The translations under genes and the position numbers were made by a program. Under the pieces are notes generated by a model that did not search any database, had not been told where the DNA came from, and saw only the letters and a program-made list of their open reading frames with translations. From a bacterium (GTDB taxonomy: Bacteria > Verrucomicrobiota > Verrucomicrobiia > JADLBR01 > JAIBCM01): a DNA stretch of 62,411 nucleotides. Each line of letters opens with the position of its first letter. Position 1 is the stretch's first letter. The stretch lies in NCBI GenBank assembly GCA_020049135.1, contig JAIFLJ010000176.1, forward strand, positions 1 through 62,411, in the 5' to 3' direction. Of the stretch, positions 26,247-35,546 are shown piece by piece.

Positions 26247-27437
26247 ATGAACAGAACCCCTTCTCCTATCCGCGTTGTTCGAGTGATTGCTAGGCTGAAC
26301 ATCGGGGGGCCCGCCCTGCATGTGACTTTGCTGAACGAAGGTTTGAACCGAAAGGGCTACGAGACTTGGCTGGTGTGTGGAAATGTGTCGAAGACGGAAG
26401 GAGACTCCCTTTTGCTTGCGAGAGAAAAACAAATCAGAACAGTGGTGTTGGAGGATTTGGGGAGGGAAATTTCTCTTTTTAAAGATGTCGGGGTCATTTT
26501 AAAACTTTGGAAGATTTTTCGGGAATGCCGACCGCATATTGTTCACACTCATACGGCCAAAGCGGGTTTTGTGGGCAGGGTTGCCGCCTTGTTGGCTGGG
26601 ACGCCTGTGGTCATGCACACCTTTCACGGGCATGTTTTTCATAGCTATTTTGGCCCGTTGAAGACGGCTTTTTTCAAAACGCTCGAACGCATTTGCGCAT
26701 GCTGGACGGATGCGGTGATCGTGATCAGCGAAAGGCAGAAAAAAGAAATCGCCTCTTTTCATATTTGCCCCGAAAAAAAAATGGAGGTCGTGCCGCTCGG
26801 CTTGGATCTCGACAGGTTTGACAAAACGCCGAGAGGAAACGGCTCTTTTCGTCATTCATGTGGCGTGGAAAACGGCGTTCGGCTGATCGGGATCATCGGG
26901 CGGATTGTTCCCGTGAAAAGGCACGATCTTTTTGTGGCGGCAGCAGCGAGACTTGTTGCTGCGGGTGGTGCTGCGTGGCGGTTCGTCGTGGTGGGGGATG
27001 GCGAAGAGCGGTGTGCGATAGAAAAGATGTTGGAAAATGAGGGGTTAGCGAAGCACTTTATTTTGACTGGCTGGAGGCGGGACTTAGAAGCGATCTATTC
27101 TGATTTGGATGTTTCAGTGATTTGCTCGGACAACGAAGGGACGCCTGTCTCTTTGGTAGAGTCAATGTCATCGGGATGTCCTGTGGTTTCAACGGCTGTG
27201 GGGGGTGTGGCTGATTTGTTGGGCGATGGGATATTTGGTAGGCTGTGTCCACCGGGAGACTCGGTTGCGCTGGCAAAAAAAATAGAGGAGGTTTTCTTGG
27301 ATGCGGATGGAACGAGAGAAAAAGTTTCTTTAGCAAAAAGCCATGTTTTGGAAAAATATGCTGCATCTAGGTTGGTGGAAGATGTGGATCGGCTATGTCG
27401 AAGAGTATTGAAGGAAAAAGGTTTATTGCCTAATTGA
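26247..27437 (+). CDS. GT4 glycosyltransferase
   Basis: RVIARLNIGGPALHV and SDNEGTPVSLVESMSSGCPVVSTAVGGVADLL. Confidence 0.8.
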   Translation: MNRTPSPIRVVRVIARLNIGGPALHVTLLNEGLNRKGYETWLVCGNVSKTEGDSLLLAREKQIRTVVLEDLGREISLFKDVGVILKLWKIFRECRPHIVHTHTAKAGFVGRVAALLAGTPVVMHTFHGHVFHSYFGPLKTAFFKTLERICACWTDAVIVISERQKKEIASFHICPEKKMEVVPLGLDLDRFDKTPRGNGSFRHSCGVENGVRLIGIIGRIVPVKRHDLFVAAAARLVAAGGAAWRFVVVGDGEERCAIEKMLENEGLAKHFILTGWRRDLEAIYSDLDVSVICSDNEGTPVSLVESMSSGCPVVSTAVGGVADLLGDGIFGRLCPPGDSVALAKKIEEVFLDADGTREKVSLAKSHVLEKYAASRLVEDVDRLCRRVLKEKGLLPN

Positions 27438-27442
27438 TCAGA

Positions 27443-29329
27443 ATGAGAGTCGTCTGGAGTTTTTTTGCGGCGTTTGTGCTTGCTGTTGCGGGTGTGGCTC
27501 TGTGCCGTAAATGGGTAGTCGCCCGTGGGTGGGTGGCCAAGCCGCGCAAGGATCGTTGGCATACAGTCTCGACTGCATTGCACGGTGGACTCGGTTTTTT
27601 TCCAGCGTTTTTAGCGGTGTCGTTGGCTGTTTATTTTTTGCATCTTCGCGAAAGAGGTTGGTCGCTCTCGCTGGATTGGGGGGTGGATGCCGTTGGTTTG
27701 ACAGGCACGCTATTTCTTGGGTCGGCCCTCATGTTTTTGACGGGTTTATTGGACGACATTTTTCATTTTTCTCCCGCACAGAAGTTGCTGGGACAAATAA
27801 CGGCTGTCAGCGGTTTTGTTTTTGCTGGTGGCACACCGCCGTTCACAGGATTTTTTTTACTGGATGTGATGATCACCTATGTCTGGTTCATCGGCATAGT
27901 GAACGCCGTGAATCTCATAGACAACATGGACGGGGTCTGTTCTCTGGTGGTGGCTGTGGCCGCACTGGTGCTGGGCTGGATTTATACGCAGATAGATATT
28001 CCAAGTGCTGTTTTAGGGCGTGCGTGGTGTTCGGCACTATCTGGTGCCGCGTTGGGATTTTGGGTTTTCAACCGTCCACCCGCGAAGATTTTTATGGGCG
28101 ATTCTGGCAGCCTGTTTTTGGGTTTCACACTCGCCGCTCTTTCGCTTCCTTCACCGATAAACGGTTACTTCGGTGAATCTTTGAGGGGAGTGCCGCCGCC
28201 ATCCAGCGTATTTTTTGGCTTTTGCCTTTCGCTATCCGTGCTTGCCGTGCCGATCATGGACACGGCCTTGGTCACGGTCACGCGTCTGATGCGTGGGCAG
28301 AGTCCGGCTGTGGGGGGGCGTGACCATTCATCGCACAGGCTTGTCTTGGCTGGTCTTTCCGAGCCGCAGACTATGTGGGTTTTGGGTGGAATGGGGCTTT
28401 TTTGCGGGGCGTTGGCTGTTGTGATGTTCCACCTTACTGGTACTAGGCTGATACTGTTTCCACTCCTTTACACAGCACTGCTTCTTGTGGCGGTTTATTT
28501 GGGGCTGCTGAAAGTGGAGACGGGCGAGCAACGGGTGAGTTACTGGCTAAAAAGTTTTATTGGGTTGCTGGTCTCTAGGGTGCCTGCCTTGAAATTCTGT
28601 TTTGATATTGCGCTTGTGGCGTTGGCCTACTATGCGGCTTACCTGTTGCGCTTTGATTTTGTTGCAAGCGACAAAGTGACTAATGGCGTGATGAGTTCTT
28701 TGCCATTGGCGATCGTGGCGTGCCTTTCTCTGAATGTTGCCTTCGGTATTTACGGCCAGCGCTGGATGCTAATTTCAGGGGCAGATTTGCTGCGGCATAT
28801 TGCGGCTGGTGGAGCAGGAGTTTTTGCTACTGTGACAATGATTACGCTGATCAACCGCTTTGAAAAAGGCCATTCGCGCGGGGCGATGGTGATTTTTGCG
28901 CTACTTTACTTGTGCGGACTAGTAGGCTCTAGGCTGAGCTTCAGATTTTTGAACGAGTGTTTTGCAAAAATAAAAAGGATGCAGCCGCAGGCCGAAAACA
29001 CTCCTGTGCTGGTTTATGGCGCAGGACGCATGGGCAGACTGCTTGCCGCAGAAATATCGCATCTAAAAAAAGGCAAAAATGTGAGGGTGCTCGGTTTTGT
29101 GGACGACAACCCTGAATTGTGCGGCCAAAAACTGGTGGATTTACCGATCTCTTCGCCAGAAGAATGGGCGGGATCAATCCTGAAGGAAGATGGTTTGGAA
29201 ATATGGGTCTCCTCCGATGGTATTCCAGACCAGAAAGTCATAGAACTGAAGCATATGGTCGGCGGGCGTGCCGATTGCCGTCGCTTCAGCGTACAGGTGG
29301 AGTCTATCGGAGAAAAAGAGGAGCCGTGA
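27443..29329 (+). CDS. WecA/MraY-family polyprenyl-phosphate HexNAc-1-P transferase with C-terminal TM + Rossmann-like extension
   Basis: NAVNLIDNMDGV and IFMGDSGSLFLGF are PNPT motifs. After ~aa 360 there are extra TM segments, then VLVYGAGRMGRLLAAEI...VLGFVDDNPELCGQKL. Confidence 0.8.
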   Translation: MRVVWSFFAAFVLAVAGVALCRKWVVARGWVAKPRKDRWHTVSTALHGGLGFFPAFLAVSLAVYFLHLRERGWSLSLDWGVDAVGLTGTLFLGSALMFLTGLLDDIFHFSPAQKLLGQITAVSGFVFAGGTPPFTGFFLLDVMITYVWFIGIVNAVNLIDNMDGVCSLVVAVAALVLGWIYTQIDIPSAVLGRAWCSALSGAALGFWVFNRPPAKIFMGDSGSLFLGFTLAALSLPSPINGYFGESLRGVPPPSSVFFGFCLSLSVLAVPIMDTALVTVTRLMRGQSPAVGGRDHSSHRLVLAGLSEPQTMWVLGGMGLFCGALAVVMFHLTGTRLILFPLLYTALLLVAVYLGLLKVETGEQRVSYWLKSFIGLLVSRVPALKFCFDIALVALAYYAAYLLRFDFVASDKVTNGVMSSLPLAIVACLSLNVAFGIYGQRWMLISGADLLRHIAAGGAGVFATVTMITLINRFEKGHSRGAMVIFALLYLCGLVGSRLSFRFLNECFAKIKRMQPQAENTPVLVYGAGRMGRLLAAEISHLKKGKNVRVLGFVDDNPELCGQKLVDLPISSPEEWAGSILKEDGLEIWVSSDGIPDQKVIELKHMVGGRADCRRFSVQVESIGEKEEP

Positions 29330-29346
29330 GTCTCCGCGTGCCCAAG

Positions 29347-31200
29347 ATGGCTTTCGGGTGGCCGGATGAAATGTTGGTCTCTGGGCTGGCTTGGTTGCTG
29401 GCACTGGCTGGCGTTTACGGACTCATGGAGATCGGTTTTATTTTGGGCGTCCCCGCACACGGCGGCTTGGCTGTGGCGGGGATTCTTTTTTTTGTTTTTT
29501 CATCTGGTGCAATTTATTTTCGCACACGCACAGGCTGTGATGCGGGTGTCTGTTGCTGCGGAGCGGCACGGGTTAAGCGTTGGCTGTTTTTACTTGGCGG
29601 AAACGCAGCCGTTCTTTTTTCATCACTATGGCTTTCTGAAAAGGTTTATGATTTTGGCTGGGACGGTCAGACCTCGCATCAAGCAGTTGTTTTTTATTTA
29701 AAAAACGGATGGAATCCATTTACCCACAACGAGGCGGAGATTTCTCAGAAAATAGCGGAGACGCACCCCGCTATGGCCTATTTCCCTTCTGCTAACGCAA
29801 GCGTGCGTCTGACGCATGGTCTGGGGGCTATTTTTTATCAGGCCACTGGTAAGATCGAGTGTGGCAAGGCTGCAAACATCCTTATTTCGTGGGTCGCATT
29901 TTGTCTAGCGACAGCGGCCTTTTCTAAAATGGGGTTGGCTTGGTGGAGGGCATTGCTTGTGGCGGCTCTTTGTGTGTGGAACCCCGTTTGGGTCGGGTTG
30001 GTACTCACCGCGTCTGTAGATTCTGTCTTGGCGTGTTTGCTGGTCTGTTTGGTGTCGGCTTCAATTTTAGCATTGAAGGGTGGGGAGAGCCGGTGGACTG
30101 GGGCTTTGTTATTTATTGTGACTCTATTATCCATGGCAAGCACCAAAGTGACGGGCGTCTGGTATGCGGCGGTAGTCGGCGGTGGGTGTTCGTGGATCGT
30201 TTTGGGAAAAAATTGGAAACTGTCGCACTTGAAATGGATTGCTTGTGGATGTTTTGCACTGGTTGTGGTGGGGACGGCGACAGGTGTTTTTCCGATGTTT
30301 AAATGGATGTGGCAGCACGGGACAACGGCTAGTGACGGATCAGGGGCTTTGGCATCGTGGCAGAGTTTGATGGCTGGATATTTTGGAAGGCTTGGCAACC
30401 CGAACGAGATTGCATTGATACGGGACTGTTCTTTTTTGGATAGGGTTGCGCTCGCATTTTTTGGCGTTACGGGACACGGCGAGGTTTTTGCTCTGAAATG
30501 GCCTTTTACTGTTTCGCTTGGAGAGATCGGAATGTATTTAAAAGTTTATGAGGCGCCCGAAATCGGGGGCTTCGGGCCTCTGATGAGCGGTGTGTTTGTC
30601 GTGGCCGCCCCGCTGGTTTGCGCGATGTTTTTTACGCCTTTGGATAAGATGCAAAAAACATTGTTGTTAATTGCTTTTTTGCTGGCTTTATCAGCGTTGC
30701 CGATGCCGTTTTATCTTGCCCGATATGCGCCGCATGTTTGGCTTATTCCCGTTCTTTGTTTTGCCGCCGCCATTATCTCTGTAAATAGGTGGGTGGTATG
30801 GGCTGCGTGGGGCGGTTTGCTCCCTGCGATGATGGCCAATTTGCTTCTTGTTAGCGTAGCTTACGGTTTTGGGCAATGGAGTGTTCAGTCGGCTTACCGG
30901 AAGCAACTGGAGCTTATTGCTTCGCTTCCACAGCCGATGCTGGTCTATTTTGATTCCAAACATTCGCCGCTGGAACTGCGCCTGATCGAAAAAGGTATCC
31001 GTTATCATGTCATGAGGACACGGTGGTATGCAGGGAAGCCAGCCATTCATCTTTTGAGGACGGATGTTAATGATGGCGTGGAGATTCCAGTGGGCGATAT
31101 GCGGCAGCCCGAGGTTTTTGAAGTTTGTAAAAAAATGAAAATGCTCCAAGATAAACTTTGGGTCAAGGGCATAAGGCTTCAAGCTGTGCAAAATTTATAA
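29347..31200 (+). CDS. Large polytopic membrane protein (polymerase/ligase/GT-C candidate)
   Basis: More than 12 hydrophobic segments and no soluble motifs. An alternative GTG start at 29326 overlaps the upstream stop. Confidence 0.55.
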   Translation: MAFGWPDEMLVSGLAWLLALAGVYGLMEIGFILGVPAHGGLAVAGILFFVFSSGAIYFRTRTGCDAGVCCCGAARVKRWLFLLGGNAAVLFSSLWLSEKVYDFGWDGQTSHQAVVFYLKNGWNPFTHNEAEISQKIAETHPAMAYFPSANASVRLTHGLGAIFYQATGKIECGKAANILISWVAFCLATAAFSKMGLAWWRALLVAALCVWNPVWVGLVLTASVDSVLACLLVCLVSASILALKGGESRWTGALLFIVTLLSMASTKVTGVWYAAVVGGGCSWIVLGKNWKLSHLKWIACGCFALVVVGTATGVFPMFKWMWQHGTTASDGSGALASWQSLMAGYFGRLGNPNEIALIRDCSFLDRVALAFFGVTGHGEVFALKWPFTVSLGEIGMYLKVYEAPEIGGFGPLMSGVFVVAAPLVCAMFFTPLDKMQKTLLLIAFLLALSALPMPFYLARYAPHVWLIPVLCFAAAIISVNRWVVWAAWGGLLPAMMANLLLVSVAYGFGQWSVQSAYRKQLELIASLPQPMLVYFDSKHSPLELRLIEKGIRYHVMRTRWYAGKPAIHLLRTDVNDGVEIPVGDMRQPEVFEVCKKMKMLQDKLWVKGIRLQAVQNL

Positions 31201-31215
31201 GCTGGAGATAAAAAC

Positions 31216-32163
31216 ATGAATTTAGAGAACGAAAAAATCTTTGTAGCAGGCCACCGTGGGATGGTGGGGTCGGCTTTGGTCAGGCTCTTGCAAAAGCGCG
31301 GGGCGCAGCACCTCTTGTTGAGGGGGCGGGCAGAGTTGGACTTGAAGGACGCTAAAGCGGTGAATTCATTTTTTGAGGCTGAAAGACCTGACCATGTGAT
31401 TCTTGTGGCGGCAAAAGTGGGCGGTATCCAAGCAAACATGCAGGATCCTGGAACATTTCTTTTTGATAACTTGGTGATTCAAAACAATGTGATTGATGAG
31501 AGCCGACGCAGCGGCGTCAAAAAAATTTGTTTTTTAGGAAGCTCGTGCATTTATCCGAGGGAATGTCCCCAGCCCATGAAAGAGGAATATCTGATGACTG
31601 GGCCGCTGGAGCCCACCAATGAAGGCTACGCTTTGGCCAAAATAGCTGGGCTGCGATTAGTTCAGTATTATGCAAAGCAATATGGGATGAACGGGATTTG
31701 CCCCATGCCGTGCAACCTTTATGGAACCAATGATAGTTTCGACCTCAAGCATTCGCATGTTTTGTCTGCGCTGGTCAGGCGGTTTTGCGATGCGGTGGAC
31801 AGCGGTTTGGACGAGGTTTCCATGTGGGGGACAGGTTCGGCTAAGCGCGAGTTCATGCATGTGGATGATGTTGCCGAGGCGGTTTTGTTTCTCATGGAAA
31901 AATGGGATTCACCAGAGATCATAAATGTCGGGCCAGGAAACGATGTTAGCATCCGCGAGCTTGCGGAGACTATTGCCGAAATGACTGGATATAAAGGCAC
32001 TCTGGCATGGGACACCACAAAACCAGACGGGATGCCGCGAAAATGTTTGGATGTTTCAAGGCTTAAGAGTTTAGGATATGAACCCAAAATATCTTTGAGG
32101 GAAGGCATAGGCGGGGTTATCGAGGAATACCGCAGACTCAAGCGCGAGGGCAAAATCAAGTAG
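31216..32163 (+). CDS. fcl: GDP-L-fucose synthase (GDP-4-keto-6-deoxymannose 3,5-epimerase/4-reductase) or the closely related colitose synthase
   Basis: KIFVAGHRGMVGSALVRLL, ILVAAKVGGI and YALAKIAG, a typical Fcl/WcaG layout. Confidence 0.85.
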   Translation: MNLENEKIFVAGHRGMVGSALVRLLQKRGAQHLLLRGRAELDLKDAKAVNSFFEAERPDHVILVAAKVGGIQANMQDPGTFLFDNLVIQNNVIDESRRSGVKKICFLGSSCIYPRECPQPMKEEYLMTGPLEPTNEGYALAKIAGLRLVQYYAKQYGMNGICPMPCNLYGTNDSFDLKHSHVLSALVRRFCDAVDSGLDEVSMWGTGSAKREFMHVDDVAEAVLFLMEKWDSPEIINVGPGNDVSIRELAETIAEMTGYKGTLAWDTTKPDGMPRKCLDVSRLKSLGYEPKISLREGIGGVIEEYRRLKREGKIK

Positions 32164-32263
32164 GCTGGCTGTGGAGGATGTTTGTATGAGAATAGCGATG
32201 CACGGGATGATCGGTGTCCGAATCCGTCTTGTCTTTCTCGTTAAAACAGGGTATTTTACCAGT

Positions 32264-32797
32264 ATGAAGCGGTTTTTTTGCATCGGGGTTTTGGTGCTGG
32301 GCAGTCTTGCTTGCTCGCAGGCCGTGGAAGTGGCTCCGCGCATTTCCGACAGGGAGATTATTGAGGGGTTGGGTGAAATCAAAACATTGAGAGCCGAGAT
32401 GAACGCTAGGTTTGATGCGCAGCAAAAAGAGATGAATGCACGGTTTGATGCGGTGGACGCACGGTTTAACTCGGTAAACACTCGGTTTGAAGACATGAAT
32501 GCGCGGTTTAATCTCATGCAGCAGCAAATAGCGCAGAACCACAACACTATGATTGCTATGTTTTCTGCGCTTATAGTGCTGATAGGCGGGTTGGTAGGAT
32601 TTATCGTTTGGGATCGTCAGACTATGATCAAACCCTTGGAAATGAAAGTGGAAGCCTTGAAAGATGAGATTATAAAGGATCGTGTTGTGAGGCGAGATGA
32701 GGTGCAACTTATAGACCGCATATTATCTGCTTTGAAAGATATGGCCAAGACTGATAACCGTGTGGCTGATGCGCTGCGCTCTGTCCACCTTCTCTGA
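32264..32797 (+). CDS. Secreted/membrane-anchored coiled-coil protein with tandem (N)ARF(D/N) repeats
   Basis: Signal-like MKRFFCIGVLVLGSLACSQA, then EMNARFDAQQKEMNARFDAVDARFNSVNTRFEDMNARFN, then the TM helix MIAMFSALIVLIGGLVGFIVW. Confidence 0.6.
   Translation: MKRFFCIGVLVLGSLACSQAVEVAPRISDREIIEGLGEIKTLRAEMNARFDAQQKEMNARFDAVDARFNSVNTRFEDMNARFNLMQQQIAQNHNTMIAMFSALIVLIGGLVGFIVWDRQTMIKPLEMKVEALKDEIIKDRVVRRDEVQLIDRILSALKDMAKTDNRVADALRSVHLL
32396..32512 (+). repeat. Imperfect in-frame tandem repeats encoding five ARF motifs
   Basis: The gctaggtttgat / gcacggtttgat / gcacggtttaac / actcggtttgaa / gcgcggtttaat units are spaced 21-33 nt apart. Confidence 0.8.
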
Positions 32798-32845
32798 TTG
32801 GTGTGGAGAAAGGTTTTCGGGCAACGGCAAAACTTTTGTTGGTTC

Positions 32846-33601
32846 ATGGATATTTCATATTACGATAGCTACTATCGGCACGAATTTTCTCATTGGTGGT
32901 TTCGTGCCCGCAGGCGGATTTTAACTGCACTGGTTCGCGCTTTGGTCAGGGCACCGTTGTTCGGTTCAAAAGAAATACGGCTGATGGACTACGGGTGTGG
33001 CACGGGTTTGATGCTTGACTCCTTGCGCGAATTTGGGCGGGTTGACGGTGCTGATATTGAGCCGAAAGCACTTGATTATTGCCGCCGCCGTGGGCATTCC
33101 AATCTCGTATTGATCAAAAACGGGAGTGTTTTGGCTGACGATGGATCGTATGATGGCGTGACATGCCTTGATGTGATTGAGCACACGGATGATGATAGGT
33201 CGGTATGCCGCGAGATTTTCCGAATATTGAAACCTGGCGGCTGGCTGCTTGTCACAGTGCCAGCGTTCCAGATGCTATGGGGGCTGCAGGATGATGTGAA
33301 CCATCACAGGAGAAGATATTGCAGTAGCGAACTGATTGATTGCCTCAAAGATTCTGGGTTCGAGGTTTTGAAAGTGAGCTATTTTAACGCGCTTCTATTT
33401 TTGCCGATTGCGACCGTCCGTATTTCAAGGAGGCTGTTTCGCCTGAAACCGAAAATGCAGTCCGATTTAGAAATGTCTGTACCGCCGTGGGTTTCCAGTT
33501 TGTTGGAGAGGCTGTTTGCCATGGAATTGCATTGGCTGAAACGGGGAAGTTTTCCTTTTGGAGTTTCCCTTTTGGCCGTGGCGCGAAAGGGCGATCATTA
33601 A
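32846..33601 (+). CDS. Class I SAM-dependent methyltransferase
   Basis: LMDYGCGTGLMLDSL (motif I) and LKPGGWLLVTVP. Confidence 0.75.
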   Translation: MDISYYDSYYRHEFSHWWFRARRRILTALVRALVRAPLFGSKEIRLMDYGCGTGLMLDSLREFGRVDGADIEPKALDYCRRRGHSNLVLIKNGSVLADDGSYDGVTCLDVIEHTDDDRSVCREIFRILKPGGWLLVTVPAFQMLWGLQDDVNHHRRRYCSSELIDCLKDSGFEVLKVSYFNALLFLPIATVRISRRLFRLKPKMQSDLEMSVPPWVSSLLERLFAMELHWLKRGSFPFGVSLLAVARKGDH

Positions 33602-33605
33602 AATT

Positions 33606-34556
33606 ATGTTGATAGGTATCACTGGAGCAAATGGTTTTATCGGGAAGGCCGTGGTGCGGCACTTGGTAGAAGAGCAATCAGTAGGTTATAGCCTGCGTTG
33701 CTTGAGTCGCAATGTGGATATCGAGAAGAGTGCCCGTGACACGCGGGTTTCGTGGGTCAGGGGTGATTTGGGATCGCCAGAAGACTGTCGTGATTTCGTC
33801 AAAGATTGCGATGTTCTCATACATCTAGCCCAAGCTAATAATCCGATAAGTTCCGAGCGATGTTGGCCGAGCGATGCCGCAAGTAATTTTATCACCACGC
33901 TCAATTTGCTGCAGGCCGTGAGGGAGACAAAAAAACGCCCGCACATTGTTTTTGCCAGTAGCGGCGGTGCTGTTTACGGAGCATCAGGCGGGCGGGTTCC
34001 GCTCCGTGAGACGGATGCTTGCAGCCCAGTTTCTGCTTACGGAATACAAAAACTTGCGGCGGAAAATTATTTGCAGCTTGCCGCGTTGCAGGGGTGTCTG
34101 ACGGCCTCTGTTTTAAGAATTTCCAACCCTTACGGCGAGCTGCTCCCTCCAGAGAGGCGTCAAGGGCTGATCGGCGTGGCGTTGAACCAGTCATTGAACG
34201 GGCGCGTTTTGCAGGTGTTTGGCGATGACTCAATCGTCAGGGATTACATACACCTTGATGACCTGACGCGTGCGGTTGGTTTGGTTCTCAAGCCCTCTAA
34301 GGCATTTGCCATTTACAATATCGGGTCTGGCGTAGGGCATTCTGTGCGCCAGATAATAGAAATTATAGGCGCGGCAGGTGGACGCCCCCTCGCGACGGAG
34401 ACTATAATGTATGGCAAAGAGACTGTTGCCATGAATCCGTGGATCGTGCTGGATATGGTGTTAGCCAAAAAAGAGATCGGGTGGGAGCCGCGTATTTCAT
34501 TGGAAGAGGGGATTGGGCGGATGGTTTTGGAGTCGAAAAAAAAGGGGGGCGGATGA
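33606..34556 (+). CDS. NAD-dependent sugar epimerase/dehydratase (SDR)
   Basis: MLIGITGANGFIGKAVV and YGIQKLAAE. Confidence 0.75.
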   Translation: MLIGITGANGFIGKAVVRHLVEEQSVGYSLRCLSRNVDIEKSARDTRVSWVRGDLGSPEDCRDFVKDCDVLIHLAQANNPISSERCWPSDAASNFITTLNLLQAVRETKKRPHIVFASSGGAVYGASGGRVPLRETDACSPVSAYGIQKLAAENYLQLAALQGCLTASVLRISNPYGELLPPERRQGLIGVALNQSLNGRVLQVFGDDSIVRDYIHLDDLTRAVGLVLKPSKAFAIYNIGSGVGHSVRQIIEIIGAAGGRPLATETIMYGKETVAMNPWIVLDMVLAKKEIGWEPRISLEEGIGRMVLESKKKGGG

Positions 34557-35521
34557 AATCGGACGGCATAAAACTTTCTGTTCTTTCGCCGTGCTACCAA
34601 GACCAAGACTGTGTCCGCCCATTATGGGAAAGGCTTACGGTCGTATGCAGGGCAACGGGTCTTGTGTATGAGATTATTTTGGTTGATGACGGTTCTAGGG
34701 ATTGCACATGGGACGAAATCCGAAAAATATGCGAAAAGGACTCGTGTGTAGTCGGCGTAAAACTATCAAAAAATCACGGCCAGCAGAAGGCCATGAGCGC
34801 AGGCATGAAGATGGCGCGTGGCGAAAGACTGCTCACCATTGATTCCGATTTGCAAGACCCGCCAGAGCTTTTGCCTGAAATGATGCGGCTCATGGATGGT
34901 GGGGCGGATGTAGTCTATGGCCAACGGAAAGCCCGCAAAGGTGTGTCTTTGATAAAGCGCGGATGCTACAAGCTGTATTATAAAATACTTTCTTGGTTGG
35001 CTGATTGCGAAATTCCTAGGGATACGGGGGATTTTCGGTTGGTAAGTCGCCGTGTGCTAGATTATTTGAACGCGATGCCAGAGCAACAACGGTTCCTGAG
35101 GGGGATGGTGAGTTGGTTGGGGTTTCGTAAGGCCGCCTTGCTTTACGATAGAGATGCGCGTTGGGCTGGGGAGTCGCATTACACTTTTAGAAAACTGATG
35201 CAGATAGCCTTGGACGGCATCACGAGTTTTTCCATCAGGCCATTAAGAGTGGCTACACTTTTTGGGTTGGGGCTTGCGTTTGCTGCTGGTTTGCTGGCAC
35301 TGTTCATACTGTGGGAGTGGTGGATCAAAGGCATACCCATACAGGGTTGGACTAGCCTGATTTTGGTTATATTGACTATAGGCAGTTTACAGCTTTTCGT
35401 GTTAGGCATGATAGGCGAGTACCTCGGACGCCTTTACATCGAGAGTAAACACCGCCCACTTTTCATGGTTGACGAAGTGTTGAATGCTGGGGCTTCACTG
35501 GAGCAACCAGATAGATTATAA
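34553..35521 (+). CDS. Polyprenyl-phosphate glycosyltransferase (GT2, GtrB/ArnC/DPM1-like) with C-terminal TM helices
   Basis: LSVLSPCYQDQDCV, IILVDDGSRDCT, DSDLQDPPE and two C-terminal TM segments. ATGA overlap with the upstream gene. Confidence 0.75.
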   Translation: MKSDGIKLSVLSPCYQDQDCVRPLWERLTVVCRATGLVYEIILVDDGSRDCTWDEIRKICEKDSCVVGVKLSKNHGQQKAMSAGMKMARGERLLTIDSDLQDPPELLPEMMRLMDGGADVVYGQRKARKGVSLIKRGCYKLYYKILSWLADCEIPRDTGDFRLVSRRVLDYLNAMPEQQRFLRGMVSWLGFRKAALLYDRDARWAGESHYTFRKLMQIALDGITSFSIRPLRVATLFGLGLAFAAGLLALFILWEWWIKGIPIQGWTSLILVILTIGSLQLFVLGMIGEYLGRLYIESKHRPLFMVDEVLNAGASLEQPDRL

Positions 35522-35546
35522 TGTTTTTGCAGGGAAAGGTTTTTGC

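Noticed and set aside
27511-28176. 221-aa alternative-frame ORF within the WecA-like gene. Also 8607..8984 and 8611..8973 within the membrane-protein gene.
   Set aside because: These are same-strand out-of-frame ORFs with Cys/Arg/Gly/Trp-rich composition. The annotated frames carry the PNPT motifs and coherent TM helices.
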